A stretch of DNA of 62,088 bases from Candidatus Omnitrophota bacterium (GTDB taxonomy: Bacteria; Omnitrophota; Gorgyraeia; 2-01-FULL-45-10). The number at the start of each line of letters is the position of its first letter. The stretch's first letter is position 1. Under the pieces are notes generated by a model. That model saw nothing but the letters and a program-made list of their open reading frames with translations, was not told where the DNA came from and ran no database searches. Position numbers and translations under genes: made by a program. Shown piece by piece: positions 47,780-56,097 of this stretch. The DNA is taken from contig JBAZNZ010000011.1 of NCBI GenBank assembly GCA_041648975.1, positions 1 through 62,088 on the forward strand, given 5' to 3'.

Positions 47780-48793
47780 TTATTTGGAGTTTACTATCGA
47801 TATCGAGTCGGTGACGGCAAGATTAATGATCTTCTTTTCTTTTGCGGGATTCCCGGAGTAATCCTGGACTACCATCACTATAGGTTTCAACGGTGAGCCC
47901 GGCTCTACCCCGATTACCCGCGCGATCTCTCCCGTATCCAGTTCGGCAAGAGTTCCTATAGGATACAGGGATAACGCGTTCAAGAGAGACCTCATCGTAT
48001 CATGGTCAAAACTTCCTTTCAACGAACTCAGGAGAAGCTTTATCGTCTCGTGGGCGTTCCCCCCTTCGCGATACGGCCTGTCGTTAGTCAACGCGTCATA
48101 AGTGTCTACCAGCCCTATTATCTTCGCGTAATCGCTGATTTCATCCATCTTCAAACCGTCCGGGTAACCGCTGCCGTCCGTCCTCTCGTGATGCTCTATT
48201 ATCGCGTCTTTAACGGTTTTACTGATATGCGGGATCCCGTCCAGGATTTCGATGCTGTCCGCGACATGCTTTTTTATTAACTCCAACTCTTTCTGGTCCA
48301 GCTTGTCCGGTTTAGAGATGATATCTTTATACCGGTCAAGGCCGATATCGCAGAACAGAGCCGCCTGGCCCAGCTGTCCCAGCCTGGACTTATTCAAGCC
48401 CATCTTTATACCTAAGAAAGACGCCAGGACGATCATGTTGGCTATATGATACGGTAAATAGTACCCTTCCCGCGTCTCGTATATCTCTTCCAGTATAGAC
48501 TCCCCCGTGACAAGCTTATTGAAGAGCTCATCGAAAACAGCGTAAGCCTCCCGCATACAGGAGGCCATATCCCCCTTCTCCCTTGTCTTCTCAAGCAATT
48601 GGGACGCTGCCCGGACGATCCTTTCGTACAAAACGGCCATATCTTTTTTGGCTTCCGTATCTTCGTTCTTCATGGCGGATATTATCTTTTTTGACATAGA
48701 CAGATAGTCCCTGTCTTTCTTTTTGTTTTCGAAATTATCTCCCCCGTCCCGGACACCGCCTGAACCGCCTATGAGATCAACCATTCTGGGCAT
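47780..48793 (-). CDS. HD-GYP-domain protein with variant metal site (Cys-Asp in place of His-Asp)
   Basis: HHERTDGSGYPDGL and DTYDALTNDRPYR are present, but the HD dyad reads LFCDIG. Alternative starts are 48784 and 48697. Confidence 0.75.
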   Translation of the reverse strand: MPRMVDLIGGSGGVRDGGDNFENKKKDRDYLSMSKKIISAMKNEDTEAKKDMAVLYERIVRAASQLLEKTREKGDMASCMREAYAVFDELFNKLVTGESILEEIYETREGYYLPYHIANMIVLASFLGIKMGLNKSRLGQLGQAALFCDIGLDRYKDIISKPDKLDQKELELIKKHVADSIEILDGIPHISKTVKDAIIEHHERTDGSGYPDGLKMDEISDYAKIIGLVDTYDALTNDRPYREGGNAHETIKLLLSSLKGSFDHDTMRSLLNALSLYPIGTLAELDTGEIARVIGVEPGSPLKPIVMVVQDYSGNPAKEKKIINLAVTDSISIVNSK

Positions 48794-49607
48794 ACTGCGC
48801 GATCTCCATTGTCATATCATCACCGACCTTTTTCATGAAATCTATGTCGATATTTTTCAGCTCGCTGCCGAAACCCATAAAAAGCGCCATGTCGCAGATA
48901 TTGTTGATCTTGCGGGGTATGCCTCCGGAATAATCGCAGATAGCGTCTACCGCGGACGGGGTGAATATCTCGGAGGCCCTGCCGGCCACATTCAAACGAT
49001 GATTTACATATTTAGCCACCTCATCGCGGCCGAGCCCGGTCAGATGGTATGTCACCGCCAGCCTTTGCGCCAGCTGCGGCATGGTAGCGACTTTTTGGCG
49101 TAATTCCGGTTGGCCGATCAATACCAGGGTCACGAAAAAACGGTCATCATGCTGGAAATTGAGCAGGAGCCTCAATTCGTCGAACGTCTCTTTATGTTTA
49201 ATTATCTGCGCCTCGTCCACTATGAGGACGGTCCGCTTATTCGCGCTGAAATTCTTATAAATCACGTTTTGGAATTCGTGTATCATCTGCGCTTTCGGCA
49301 TTTTACGGTAATCGCCGGTAAGCTGGTAGAATATCTCCTGGATGAGCTGGGCGGAAGTCAGGTACGGGTGAGTCAGCAGGGCTACTTCGTATTCTTTGCC
49401 CTTGAGCAGGCCGTTTATCACGATACGGCTTAAGACCGTCTTGCCGGAGCCGTAGTCCCCGGTGAGCATTACAGCGCCTTTCCCCTCCCTGATGCCGTAT
49501 AATATCCTCGCCAGCGCTTCTTCATGCCTGGAGGAGTAATACATGAATTTCGGATCGGGCGTGTTCTCGAAAGGCTTCTCTTTCAGCCCCCAATATGTCT
49601 CGTACAT
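48777..49607 (-). CDS. ExeA-like AAA ATPase (type found in polysaccharide/PEP-CTERM-type loci)
   Basis: 276 aa with N-terminal GLKEKPFENTPDPKF, Walker A GDYGSGKT and Walker B LIVDEAQ. Its ATG directly follows the BY-kinase stop (TAAATG). Confidence 0.7.
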   Translation of the reverse strand: MYETYWGLKEKPFENTPDPKFMYYSSRHEEALARILYGIREGKGAVMLTGDYGSGKTVLSRIVINGLLKGKEYEVALLTHPYLTSAQLIQEIFYQLTGDYRKMPKAQMIHEFQNVIYKNFSANKRTVLIVDEAQIIKHKETFDELRLLLNFQHDDRFFVTLVLIGQPELRQKVATMPQLAQRLAVTYHLTGLGRDEVAKYVNHRLNVAGRASEIFTPSAVDAICDYSGGIPRKINNICDMALFMGFGSELKNIDIDFMKKVGDDMTMEIAQYAQNG

Positions 49608-51557
49608 TTAAGTCGTCTTCCTGTTTGCGCCGGAGGCCGGTTTTGCCGCATTGGCGTAATATTTTCCCCCGTAGCTGTAATAAGGGGCCATGGTAAGTTT
49701 CGAGATGACGTTATTCAATATAAGGCCGTTTACTGTGCCTTTGCCCCTTATGTTCTCTATGTTCGATTTAGTCCTCCTAAGGGTAAGGCGGGAGGTAAAA
49801 CCTACTTTGTACACTATCAGCACATCATCTACCATAGGTAATAAGACAGAGGTATCGCTTACCGATAAGATCGGGCATGTGTCCAGTATAACTATATCGT
49901 ATTTTGGTTTAAAATATTCTATTATCTCTTTTATGCGTTCCGCGCCGAACATGTGCATACCGGTAGGCGCAATAGAACCGGCCGTCATAATATGTAAGTT
50001 ATTAAGCCATGATTTTTTGAACATCTCCTCGGCATTTTGTTCCTGATCACTCAACATGATATCGGTGATATTCTTTATCACCGACTGTTCGGCTTCTTTA
50101 AGGTCGTTCTTCCCCGCTATTATATCGACGAATCCTTTGGATTTTTCAGGAAAGCCGAATAATTGATGGACTGAAGGCCTCCGTGAATCCGCGTCGATGA
50201 GAAGAGTCTTATATCCCATCTGCGCCATTAATGTCGCCAGGTTTGATGAGATCATGCTCTTCCCCTCCTGGGGCACGGCGCTGGTTATAAGCAACGTCTT
50301 GTTCTTAATGCGGCCGGCAGGTCCGCCTAAGATCGCCTGTATGTTCGTTCCGAGTATGCGGAAAGCTTCCTCGAATAACGGATCCACCGAATAGAAAGCC
50401 ATTAAAAGACCTTTGGGGTTTATCCCAGCCGTAGATCGCTTCACTTTGAAGATGCGCTGCCGCCAGACCCCTTCTTTCACAGCGGACTTAGAGGCGCAGG
50501 GAATAATCCCGACCACTTTGATCTTGAGAAGATTCTCTATGTCTTCGACACTGTTGAAGGATGTCTCTACCACATGCTCGATAAAGAGCGGCACAGTTAT
50601 CCCGGCCAGCGCTCCATATAATATGCCAAGCAAATAATGGATCAACGTCGGGAACGACTTCTTCTGCGGAGGTATCGCGTCCTCAACGAGGGAAATATTA
50701 TCGATCACCTCAGCCTCTTTTATCTGGGCTTCCTGCAATTTCTGCTTTAAGTCGTTATATATCTGCTGATCAAGCGTTATATCCCTAAGCAGTGTGCTGT
50801 ATTCAAACTCCTCTACCGGAAGTTTTTGCAATTCCTGTTTCATCTCTTCTATCTGCTGTCTTAAAGCCAGGACATCGGGATGCTTCTCCGTATATATATT
50901 CAAAAGATCCACCCGCTTCTGGTCGAGCTGGTCTATCTGTTTCCGAAGCGTTTCAGCAGTTCCGATGACTCCGGACGAAGTAAGCTGGCGCATCCTGCCC
51001 TCTTCTTTTTTCAGCTTCTCCGAAACCTCCTCCAGCGATTTTTTTATAAAGACGGCCACATTACGTTTCTGGAAATTTTTCTCGTTGAAGTTTATTTCTT
51101 TAAAAACTTCAAACATTTTATTCGCGATCCTGGCTGTCATGACGGGGTCGGTATCGGTCACTTCGAGTTCGATCAGGTTGCTTTTAGGGACGACGGTAGT
51201 CGAGATGTTCTTCATATAATCTTCGATCTTGCTGATATCCCTGCTTGTCACCAGCCCTAAGTCGACAAGGGTCTTCTCGATATTGGACCTGCTGGAGATC
51301 AATTTCGCGTAATCATAAAGCTCCTCCACGGTCGTGGCAACACGGCCGGTGGGCTGTTCCTGATATACTTGAGACGGTATTATAGCGCTGTAAGCGCTAT
51401 CCACTTTGAATATAAGCCTGGCCTTATAAGTGGGCGCCTGCATCTTTAAAAAAAAGACCCAGCATATTACCGTAACAACGCAGACAACTATAGCCGTAAA
51501 TCTACGACGGTAGATTATATCCAGGTAATCGTTCAAGTTTAGATTTGGGACGTCCAT
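49608..51557 (-). CDS. polysaccharide co-polymerase (Wzz domain) fused to BY-type tyrosine autokinase (Wzc/GumC-like)
   Basis: Two TMs flank a coiled periplasmic domain. The kinase shows PQEGKS, DADSRRP, ILDTCP and the C-terminal Tyr cluster YYSYGGKYY. The start was chosen at MDVPNLNLNDYL (51557); the track's ATG at 51653 would overlap wza by 89 nt. Confidence 0.85.
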   Translation of the reverse strand: MDVPNLNLNDYLDIIYRRRFTAIVVCVVTVICWVFFLKMQAPTYKARLIFKVDSAYSAIIPSQVYQEQPTGRVATTVEELYDYAKLISSRSNIEKTLVDLGLVTSRDISKIEDYMKNISTTVVPKSNLIELEVTDTDPVMTARIANKMFEVFKEINFNEKNFQKRNVAVFIKKSLEEVSEKLKKEEGRMRQLTSSGVIGTAETLRKQIDQLDQKRVDLLNIYTEKHPDVLALRQQIEEMKQELQKLPVEEFEYSTLLRDITLDQQIYNDLKQKLQEAQIKEAEVIDNISLVEDAIPPQKKSFPTLIHYLLGILYGALAGITVPLFIEHVVETSFNSVEDIENLLKIKVVGIIPCASKSAVKEGVWRQRIFKVKRSTAGINPKGLLMAFYSVDPLFEEAFRILGTNIQAILGGPAGRIKNKTLLITSAVPQEGKSMISSNLATLMAQMGYKTLLIDADSRRPSVHQLFGFPEKSKGFVDIIAGKNDLKEAEQSVIKNITDIMLSDQEQNAEEMFKKSWLNNLHIMTAGSIAPTGMHMFGAERIKEIIEYFKPKYDIVILDTCPILSVSDTSVLLPMVDDVLIVYKVGFTSRLTLRRTKSNIENIRGKGTVNGLILNNVISKLTMAPYYSYGGKYYANAAKPASGANRKTT

Positions 51558-51564
51558 AATAAGA

Positions 51565-52317
51565 TTATTGTTTGTCCAGTGGCTTTGTAAGTGTACGGTA
51601 ATAAAAAGCCCCGTTAGAAGAATAATACGCGGCCTGCGCCCAAACATTGACATTTCTCATAAACTGCGTGAAGTCCGCGATAAAATGCCTGGGCACATAG
51701 ACTATATCGCCGTTAGTCAGTAAAAGGGCCCTATCGACGCTTCCCTTGCGCAGAGCCTTAAATAAATCAACCCTCTTTACCTTCGGGTGATCGGTCAGGT
51801 TATCGCTTACTACTATGAGGCTTTCCATCTTTGCATCACGCGTGATATCGCCGGCCAACGCTATGGCGTCAACTATCGTTATCACTCCTTCATACGTATA
51901 GACGCCCGGATACTGGACCTCGCCGAGGATGATGATCTTATTTCCCGATATCTCCGATATCAGCACTGTGACATCCGGGACCCTGATATACAACGATAGT
52001 TTTTCCTTAAGGCTTGCTTGAAGCTGGTCGACCGTAAGCCCGATCGCCTTTATTTTTCCCGCCAGAGGATAATACAGATAACCGTCGGGATTTATCCTGA
52101 CCTTCCGCGTAAGATTGGGATGGTTCCATATGCTGATCTCCAGCACATCACCTATGCACAGATAATACTCCTGCACCTGGGCGCTGTCGCCTACTATGGG
52201 AAACTGCCATCCCATAACGCGCGTGCCCCTATCCCTGAATCCTTGAGCGAATATCTGCGAAGAAAATAAAGCGGTTAATAATGACAGGACTATGTAGGTC
52301 TTAAATAGAGCTTTCAT
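51565..52317 (-). CDS. polysaccharide export protein (Wza-like Poly_export + SLBB), short form
   Basis: The signal peptide MKALFKTYIVLSLLTALFSSQIFAQG begins at the ATG at 52317 (SD AGAGG). YYLCIGDVLEISIW and NPDGYLYYPL are typical Poly_export blocks. Confidence 0.8.
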   Translation of the reverse strand: MKALFKTYIVLSLLTALFSSQIFAQGFRDRGTRVMGWQFPIVGDSAQVQEYYLCIGDVLEISIWNHPNLTRKVRINPDGYLYYPLAGKIKAIGLTVDQLQASLKEKLSLYIRVPDVTVLISEISGNKIIILGEVQYPGVYTYEGVITIVDAIALAGDITRDAKMESLIVVSDNLTDHPKVKRVDLFKALRKGSVDRALLLTNGDIVYVPRHFIADFTQFMRNVNVWAQAAYYSSNGAFYYRTLTKPLDKQ

Positions 52318-52379
52318 CCAGCCTCTTGGAAATGTTACACTAGATATAATATATAAATATTTAATTTGATTGTAACAAA

Positions 52380-52408
52380 AGTATATCACAAAGAAAATAT
52401 TTAGTCAA
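52380..52408 (-). promoter_or_regulatory. sigma70-like promoter (extended -10) for the wza export operon
   Basis: Minus strand reads TTGACT (52408-52403), a 17-nt spacer, then TGA-TATACT (52388-52380). Confidence 0.6.
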
Positions 52409-52415
52409 CGCCGCT

Positions 52416-52437
52416 ATCCTTACTGGATCCTTACTGG
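52416..52437 (-). promoter_or_regulatory. perfect tandem 11-bp direct repeat next to the -35 box, candidate activator site
   Basis: The plus strand reads ATCCTTACTGG twice (52416-52426 and 52427-52437). A partial third ATCCTTA lies at 52445-52451. Confidence 0.45.
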
Positions 52438-52456
52438 ACACGTCATCCTTATTTTT

Positions 52457-53251
52457 TTAAGTTTTTTTACAAAAAAACACATTTCTGTAATTTGTAGCTA
52501 AGGGATGAGGTGACAATACCGGAGGGAATAAGACATGTTTACGTCCGACAGTTTCAGAGAACATTGCTTCGTTGACGGCAATTACGGAAAAGCCTCTGCT
52601 TTCAACGGTTTTAGAAAAATCACTCCCAAAGATCCTAAGATGGTCCCATTGGCCAAAATACTTTATCCTGTCTTTCGGCGTAACGATAGCCGGGTCTTCA
52701 AAAGTCAACTCCAGATTATCTTTCTGCGGCACAGTGAAAATAGCGTTGCCGTTCGGGGATAATATCCTGTGCACTTCTTCGATGGCTTTTTTGTAATCGG
52801 CCACATGTTCCAGGACATCGAATGCAATTACAGAATCGAATGCTCCTTCTTTAATTTCCGGCATATTGGAAATATCAATTTTATAGTCGCAATCATCCCG
52901 CAAAAGATCAGCCGTAGAATAGCGGGACGATATACTCTTCAATATCCCGCTTATTGCGTCCTCGGGGGCAAAATGCAGTATCCTTTTATCCCGCACTGTA
53001 TTTTCAAACGGTATATTACCGGTATTTTGAATAGCGGCAATGAACAGCCTTTGTCTGACACTGGTATGACATACCGGACAATTGACATATTTATGCCACG
53101 GATCGCTTAGAAAACGACGGCCGCTCCAACCACAAATATTGCATTGTATTTTTTTAGGATAGGATAGAAAAGCGGCCTCAACATCGGACCCCGCTTTTTT
53201 TACAAAGGATATCAACATCTTCACCGGCAAAAGCTTACGAGTACTTATCAC
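52457..53251 (-). CDS. SAM-dependent methyltransferase with N-terminal zinc ribbon
   Basis: 264 aa with CNICGW...CPVCH, then DSVIAFDVLEHV and a Methyltransf_11-like core. Confidence 0.65.
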   Translation of the reverse strand: MISTRKLLPVKMLISFVKKAGSDVEAAFLSYPKKIQCNICGWSGRRFLSDPWHKYVNCPVCHTSVRQRLFIAAIQNTGNIPFENTVRDKRILHFAPEDAISGILKSISSRYSTADLLRDDCDYKIDISNMPEIKEGAFDSVIAFDVLEHVADYKKAIEEVHRILSPNGNAIFTVPQKDNLELTFEDPAIVTPKDRIKYFGQWDHLRIFGSDFSKTVESRGFSVIAVNEAMFSETVGRKHVLFPPVLSPHPLATNYRNVFFCKKT

Positions 53252-53294
53252 TTTCTATTCCTCCGCAACTGCTATAAAAAACGTAAAGGCTTTT

Positions 53295-53642
53295 TTAAAC
53301 ATTCCACTTGCTCGGCGGATCTAACAGCAAAATTATTAGCAGAGGAACGAATATTATGAGCATCGCGCTCATGACGAATATCTCGTGCGGGAATTTCTGC
53401 GTCGGCAAAAGGAGCATGATCGCGATACCAACGGTCGGGATCAGCAGGAATGTCACGAGGAACCACCAGGCGGATTTACTTCCTTTGTTGATCTTATCCG
53501 CGGATAAGAGCAGGATCGCCATGATCAATGTATAGGTCACCAGTTCACCCCTCTCCATCGCCAATATCGCAAGTAAAACGACTACTGCGGCGATCGCCAG
53601 CCACTTTATTATGACGCCGGCCGCCATCGTAATCTTTTTCAT
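53295..53642 (-). CDS. small polytopic membrane protein, hypothetical
   Basis: The ATG at 53642 has SD GGGGGAG. Four hydrophobic segments are present. No family was recognised. Confidence 0.45.
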   Translation of the reverse strand: MKKITMAAGVIIKWLAIAAVVVLLAILAMERGELVTYTLIMAILLLSADKINKGSKSAWWFLVTFLLIPTVGIAIMLLLPTQKFPHEIFVMSAMLIIFVPLLIILLLDPPSKWNV

Positions 53643-53738
53643 CCTTGCTCCCCCTTTCATGTTATGGAACGGATTTGTCTGTATCCATATCCCTGCTGAT
53701 AATATAAATTATAACGGCATCCAAGTAAAATGCAAAAC

Positions 53739-54158
53739 TCACGCTATGGTTAAATGCGATCTCAAAAACTTTTCTGTCGCTTTTATCGTTTCCTCTTTTG
53801 CTTTAGCCGGACTTTGGGCTATCCACATTGTGAAGTTGTAAAGCTCCTGTGTATCCACCGAGAGCCATTTCCTGTTTTTATGCAGGACCACAAACAATGT
53901 CGTCATAGCTATGCGCTTATTACCGTTTTGGAACGGATGATTTTTCACCATGAGATAGAAAAGGACAGCTGTCTTTGAAGACAGGTCATGATAGGGCGAT
54001 CTTCCGCCAAACGTCTGGAACGGCGCGGCAAAACAGCTTTCCAGGATATTGGGAAAACGCGTTGAAAAATCCGGTATAGGCTCATTGAAAGACATCATCT
54101 CCTGCGCAAGACGGAACGCCACATATTCTATCTCTTTTATCGTTACGGTCTTCATCAC
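53739..54158 (-). CDS. doc: Doc (death-on-curing) Fic-fold toxin
   Basis: 139 aa with the Doc-type motif HPFQNGNKRIAMT. The start is GTG 54158 or ATG 54155, overlapping the upstream stop. Confidence 0.85.
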   Translation of the reverse strand: MMKTVTIKEIEYVAFRLAQEMMSFNEPIPDFSTRFPNILESCFAAPFQTFGGRSPYHDLSSKTAVLFYLMVKNHPFQNGNKRIAMTTLFVVLHKNRKWLSVDTQELYNFTMWIAQSPAKAKEETIKATEKFLRSHLTIA

Positions 54159-54439
54159 ATATTACCCAGCATCTTCAGCGTATCTCCGTATTCCCTCACG
54201 GTCTTCCTTACAGCCGCGTCTATCTCTTTTTTCTGGCTATCTTTAAGCGTTCTGCCCAATATGCTGTCTAAATACTTGCGGGGTATGGCAAAGCTCCGCC
54301 CTATACGTATGGCCTTTATCTGGCCCTTCTTGACCTTTTTATAAACGGCTATCCTGCTTATACCAAGTATACCGGCAAGCTGTTGTATACTGATGAACCC
54401 ATTTACCGCCATATGGCGCCTTTCGTTAACTTCATTCAT
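54155..54439 (-). CDS. excisionase/MerR-like HTH (HTH_17) DNA-binding protein, putative antitoxin of Doc
   Basis: ISIQQLAGILGISRIAVYKKVKKGQIKAIRIG is a helix-turn-helix. The stop overlaps the doc start. The start is uncertain (TTG 54451, ATG 54439 or ATG 54412). Confidence 0.7.
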   Translation of the reverse strand: MNEVNERRHMAVNGFISIQQLAGILGISRIAVYKKVKKGQIKAIRIGRSFAIPRKYLDSILGRTLKDSQKKEIDAAVRKTVREYGDTLKMLGNM

Positions 54440-54444
54440 ATAGG

Positions 54445-54458
54445 TTAACAATTGTTAA
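54445..54458. promoter_or_regulatory. perfect 14-bp palindrome, candidate operator of the HTH-doc operon
   Basis: TTAACAATTGTTAA lies at the 5' edge of the HTH gene. Further GTTAAC hexamers occur at 54425-54430 and 54473-54478. Confidence 0.5.
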
Positions 54459-54503
54459 GCTATATAGATAAAGTTAACATACAATCACTGAAAATGCAAA
54501 TAA

Positions 54504-55031
54504 TTATCGCTCTGCCGCTCCGGTCTCTTTTTTTAACGCGCCAAGCGCGCCGTCGTAATCTGGCCCGGAGCTCAGCTCTTTTACGATCTGCGCATATTTA
54601 ACAACGTCATCTTTCCCTATAATGAATATCGCCCGGGCGAGCAATCTCAACTCTTTTATAAGCACCCCGTAATTCTGACCAAAGCTTGCGTCCCGGTGGT
54701 CCGACAATGTCTTCACTTTCTTGATATCGAATTCCTGGCAAAAACGCTTCTGCGCGAACGGCAGGTCCATGCTGATAAATATGATCGCTACGTCTTTCGA
54801 GACCTTTGCTGCCTCGTCGTTAAAACGCTTTATCTCGGTATCGCAGACAGGCGTATCGAGCGACGGGACGGAGGCTATGAGTTTGATCTTTCCGCTAAAA
54901 TCTGAAAGGCCCTTCGTTTCCATATCCTGCGAAAGCGCCTGAAACGCCGGGGCCTTCTGTCCGGGGCTGATCGCCGGGCCCTCAAGCGTTAAACCCTCCC
55001 CCTTCATCGTAATGACTTCTTTTCTTTCCAC
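54504..55031 (-). CDS. tpx: thiol peroxidase
   Basis: 175 aa with the SVPSLDTPVCDTE peroxidatic Cys block and Tpx-type length. Confidence 0.88.
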   Translation of the reverse strand: MERKEVITMKGEGLTLEGPAISPGQKAPAFQALSQDMETKGLSDFSGKIKLIASVPSLDTPVCDTEIKRFNDEAAKVSKDVAIIFISMDLPFAQKRFCQEFDIKKVKTLSDHRDASFGQNYGVLIKELRLLARAIFIIGKDDVVKYAQIVKELSSGPDYDGALGALKKETGAAER

Positions 55032-55044
55032 GATAAACCTCCTC

Positions 55045-55293
55045 TTATTTTTCTACCGGTATCTCTTTTTTAATGAACCATGCCTTGACAGGCGCGGCCT
55101 TGTCTCCCTGGATCTCAACCTTTCCGCCCTTGACCGTTCCTCCTGTGCCAAGGAGCGTCTTCAACTCCCTGGCAATGTCATCCAACCGTTTTGCCCCATA
55201 AGTATGCAGTCCGGCTATGACAGTGACGGACTTACCCATTCTCTTCTCTAAATATATCTTCGGTTTCGGCGATCTCGGATTATTTTTCATCAT
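55045..55293 (-). CDS. SUI1/eIF1-family translation factor (YciH-like), short
   Basis: 82 aa. KSVTVIAGL....L..IA.ELK...G.GGTVK.G.IEIQGD is the SUI1 fold pattern. Confidence 0.7.
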   Translation of the reverse strand: MMKNNPRSPKPKIYLEKRMGKSVTVIAGLHTYGAKRLDDIARELKTLLGTGGTVKGGKVEIQGDKAAPVKAWFIKKEIPVEK

Positions 55294-56051
55294 AAAAATT
55301 CAATGTCGGCAACCTTCTCCTTGAACTTGCCGGACCATTCGGGATTTGTATCCAGTATCGGCAGTTGAAAAGCTTTTGAACTGCCCGGCTTCACGGAATT
55401 GGGCTTATCTTTGGTTCCCAGTATAGGCGCTATCGTACCCTCGGCGATACACCGGTCATTTTTATCAAAATAATAGACGGCCAGCGTCAATTTGATCACG
55501 GTCTTATCTCCGGCGTTATTGATCGTCCCGTAGAAATATTTTGTCGCCGCCGAGGACTTTAAGTCCGTTTCTTCCAGTGTCCCGATATCTGTGACGGTAA
55601 TATACTTCTTAACATAATCCGCCTTAGCGGGATCTCTCTTCAACTCCGAACTGACGCTTTTATCATACTTAATAGCCGAAGCGCCTTTTAGAAAATTGGA
55701 AGTTCCGATAAATATTAACACTAAGAAAACGAGCGCCCCTATGCCGCCCAGTAATATCAATAATAAATTCTTATATTTTTTTACATCATCGGCCGGTTTT
55801 TTAATAAATTCTCCGCAATACCGGCATTTGATCGCGTCCGCCTGTATCTCCTCGGCGCAAAACGGGCATTTTCTCATTTGTCCGGAATATTTTTTTAACC
55901 CGGCATGCAGGACCTTGCCTTGCTCCTCTATGGTTTTTGCGGTATTATCGACGGAAGCGGCGCGTTCCAAAGGTTCAAAACAATATTCACAGGCCGGCGA
56001 ATACTTATTGGTCTCTTTGCCGCATTTAGTACAAATTATCAGATCGCTCAC
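55290..56051 (-). CDS. double zinc-ribbon, single-TM protein with extracytoplasmic domain, hypothetical
   Basis: 253 aa with CTKCG...CEYC and CPFC...CRYCG, then a TM (LLLILLGGIGALVFLVLIFIG). It overlaps the SUI1 gene by 4 bp. Confidence 0.55.
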   Translation of the reverse strand: MSDLIICTKCGKETNKYSPACEYCFEPLERAASVDNTAKTIEEQGKVLHAGLKKYSGQMRKCPFCAEEIQADAIKCRYCGEFIKKPADDVKKYKNLLLILLGGIGALVFLVLIFIGTSNFLKGASAIKYDKSVSSELKRDPAKADYVKKYITVTDIGTLEETDLKSSAATKYFYGTINNAGDKTVIKLTLAVYYFDKNDRCIAEGTIAPILGTKDKPNSVKPGSSKAFQLPILDTNPEWSGKFKEKVADIEFL

Positions 56052-56097
56052 TATCTATTCTCCCTCTTTGGTTATCGGGGTCCCAATCTCCGGAATC

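Noticed and set aside
51558-51653. N-terminal extensions in track ORFs: the BY-kinase (to 51653), wza (to 52389), fic (to 57306), the methyltransferase (from 32719), the flavoprotein (to 19569) and SPFH (to 26977).
   Set aside because: The extensions overlap upstream genes or promoter boxes, or start at TTG. They precede an internal ATG that has an SD and/or the canonical family N-terminus or signal peptide.
47780-52317. Calling the locus a PEP-CTERM/exosortase system.
   Set aside because: The export, chain-length, kinase and ATPase genes fit that type of locus. However, no exosortase gene is in the window, and the C-terminus of the only candidate substrate (the repeat protein) is off-window. 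The idea is kept only as a hypothesis to check.
40661-52437. Checked the short tandem repeats (40661-40684, 42133-42154, 42158-42185, 52416-52437) as possible CRISPR or minisatellite arrays.
   Set aside because: Each has only two adjacent copies, with no spacers and no cas genes. They are better explained as slippage duplications or regulator sites.
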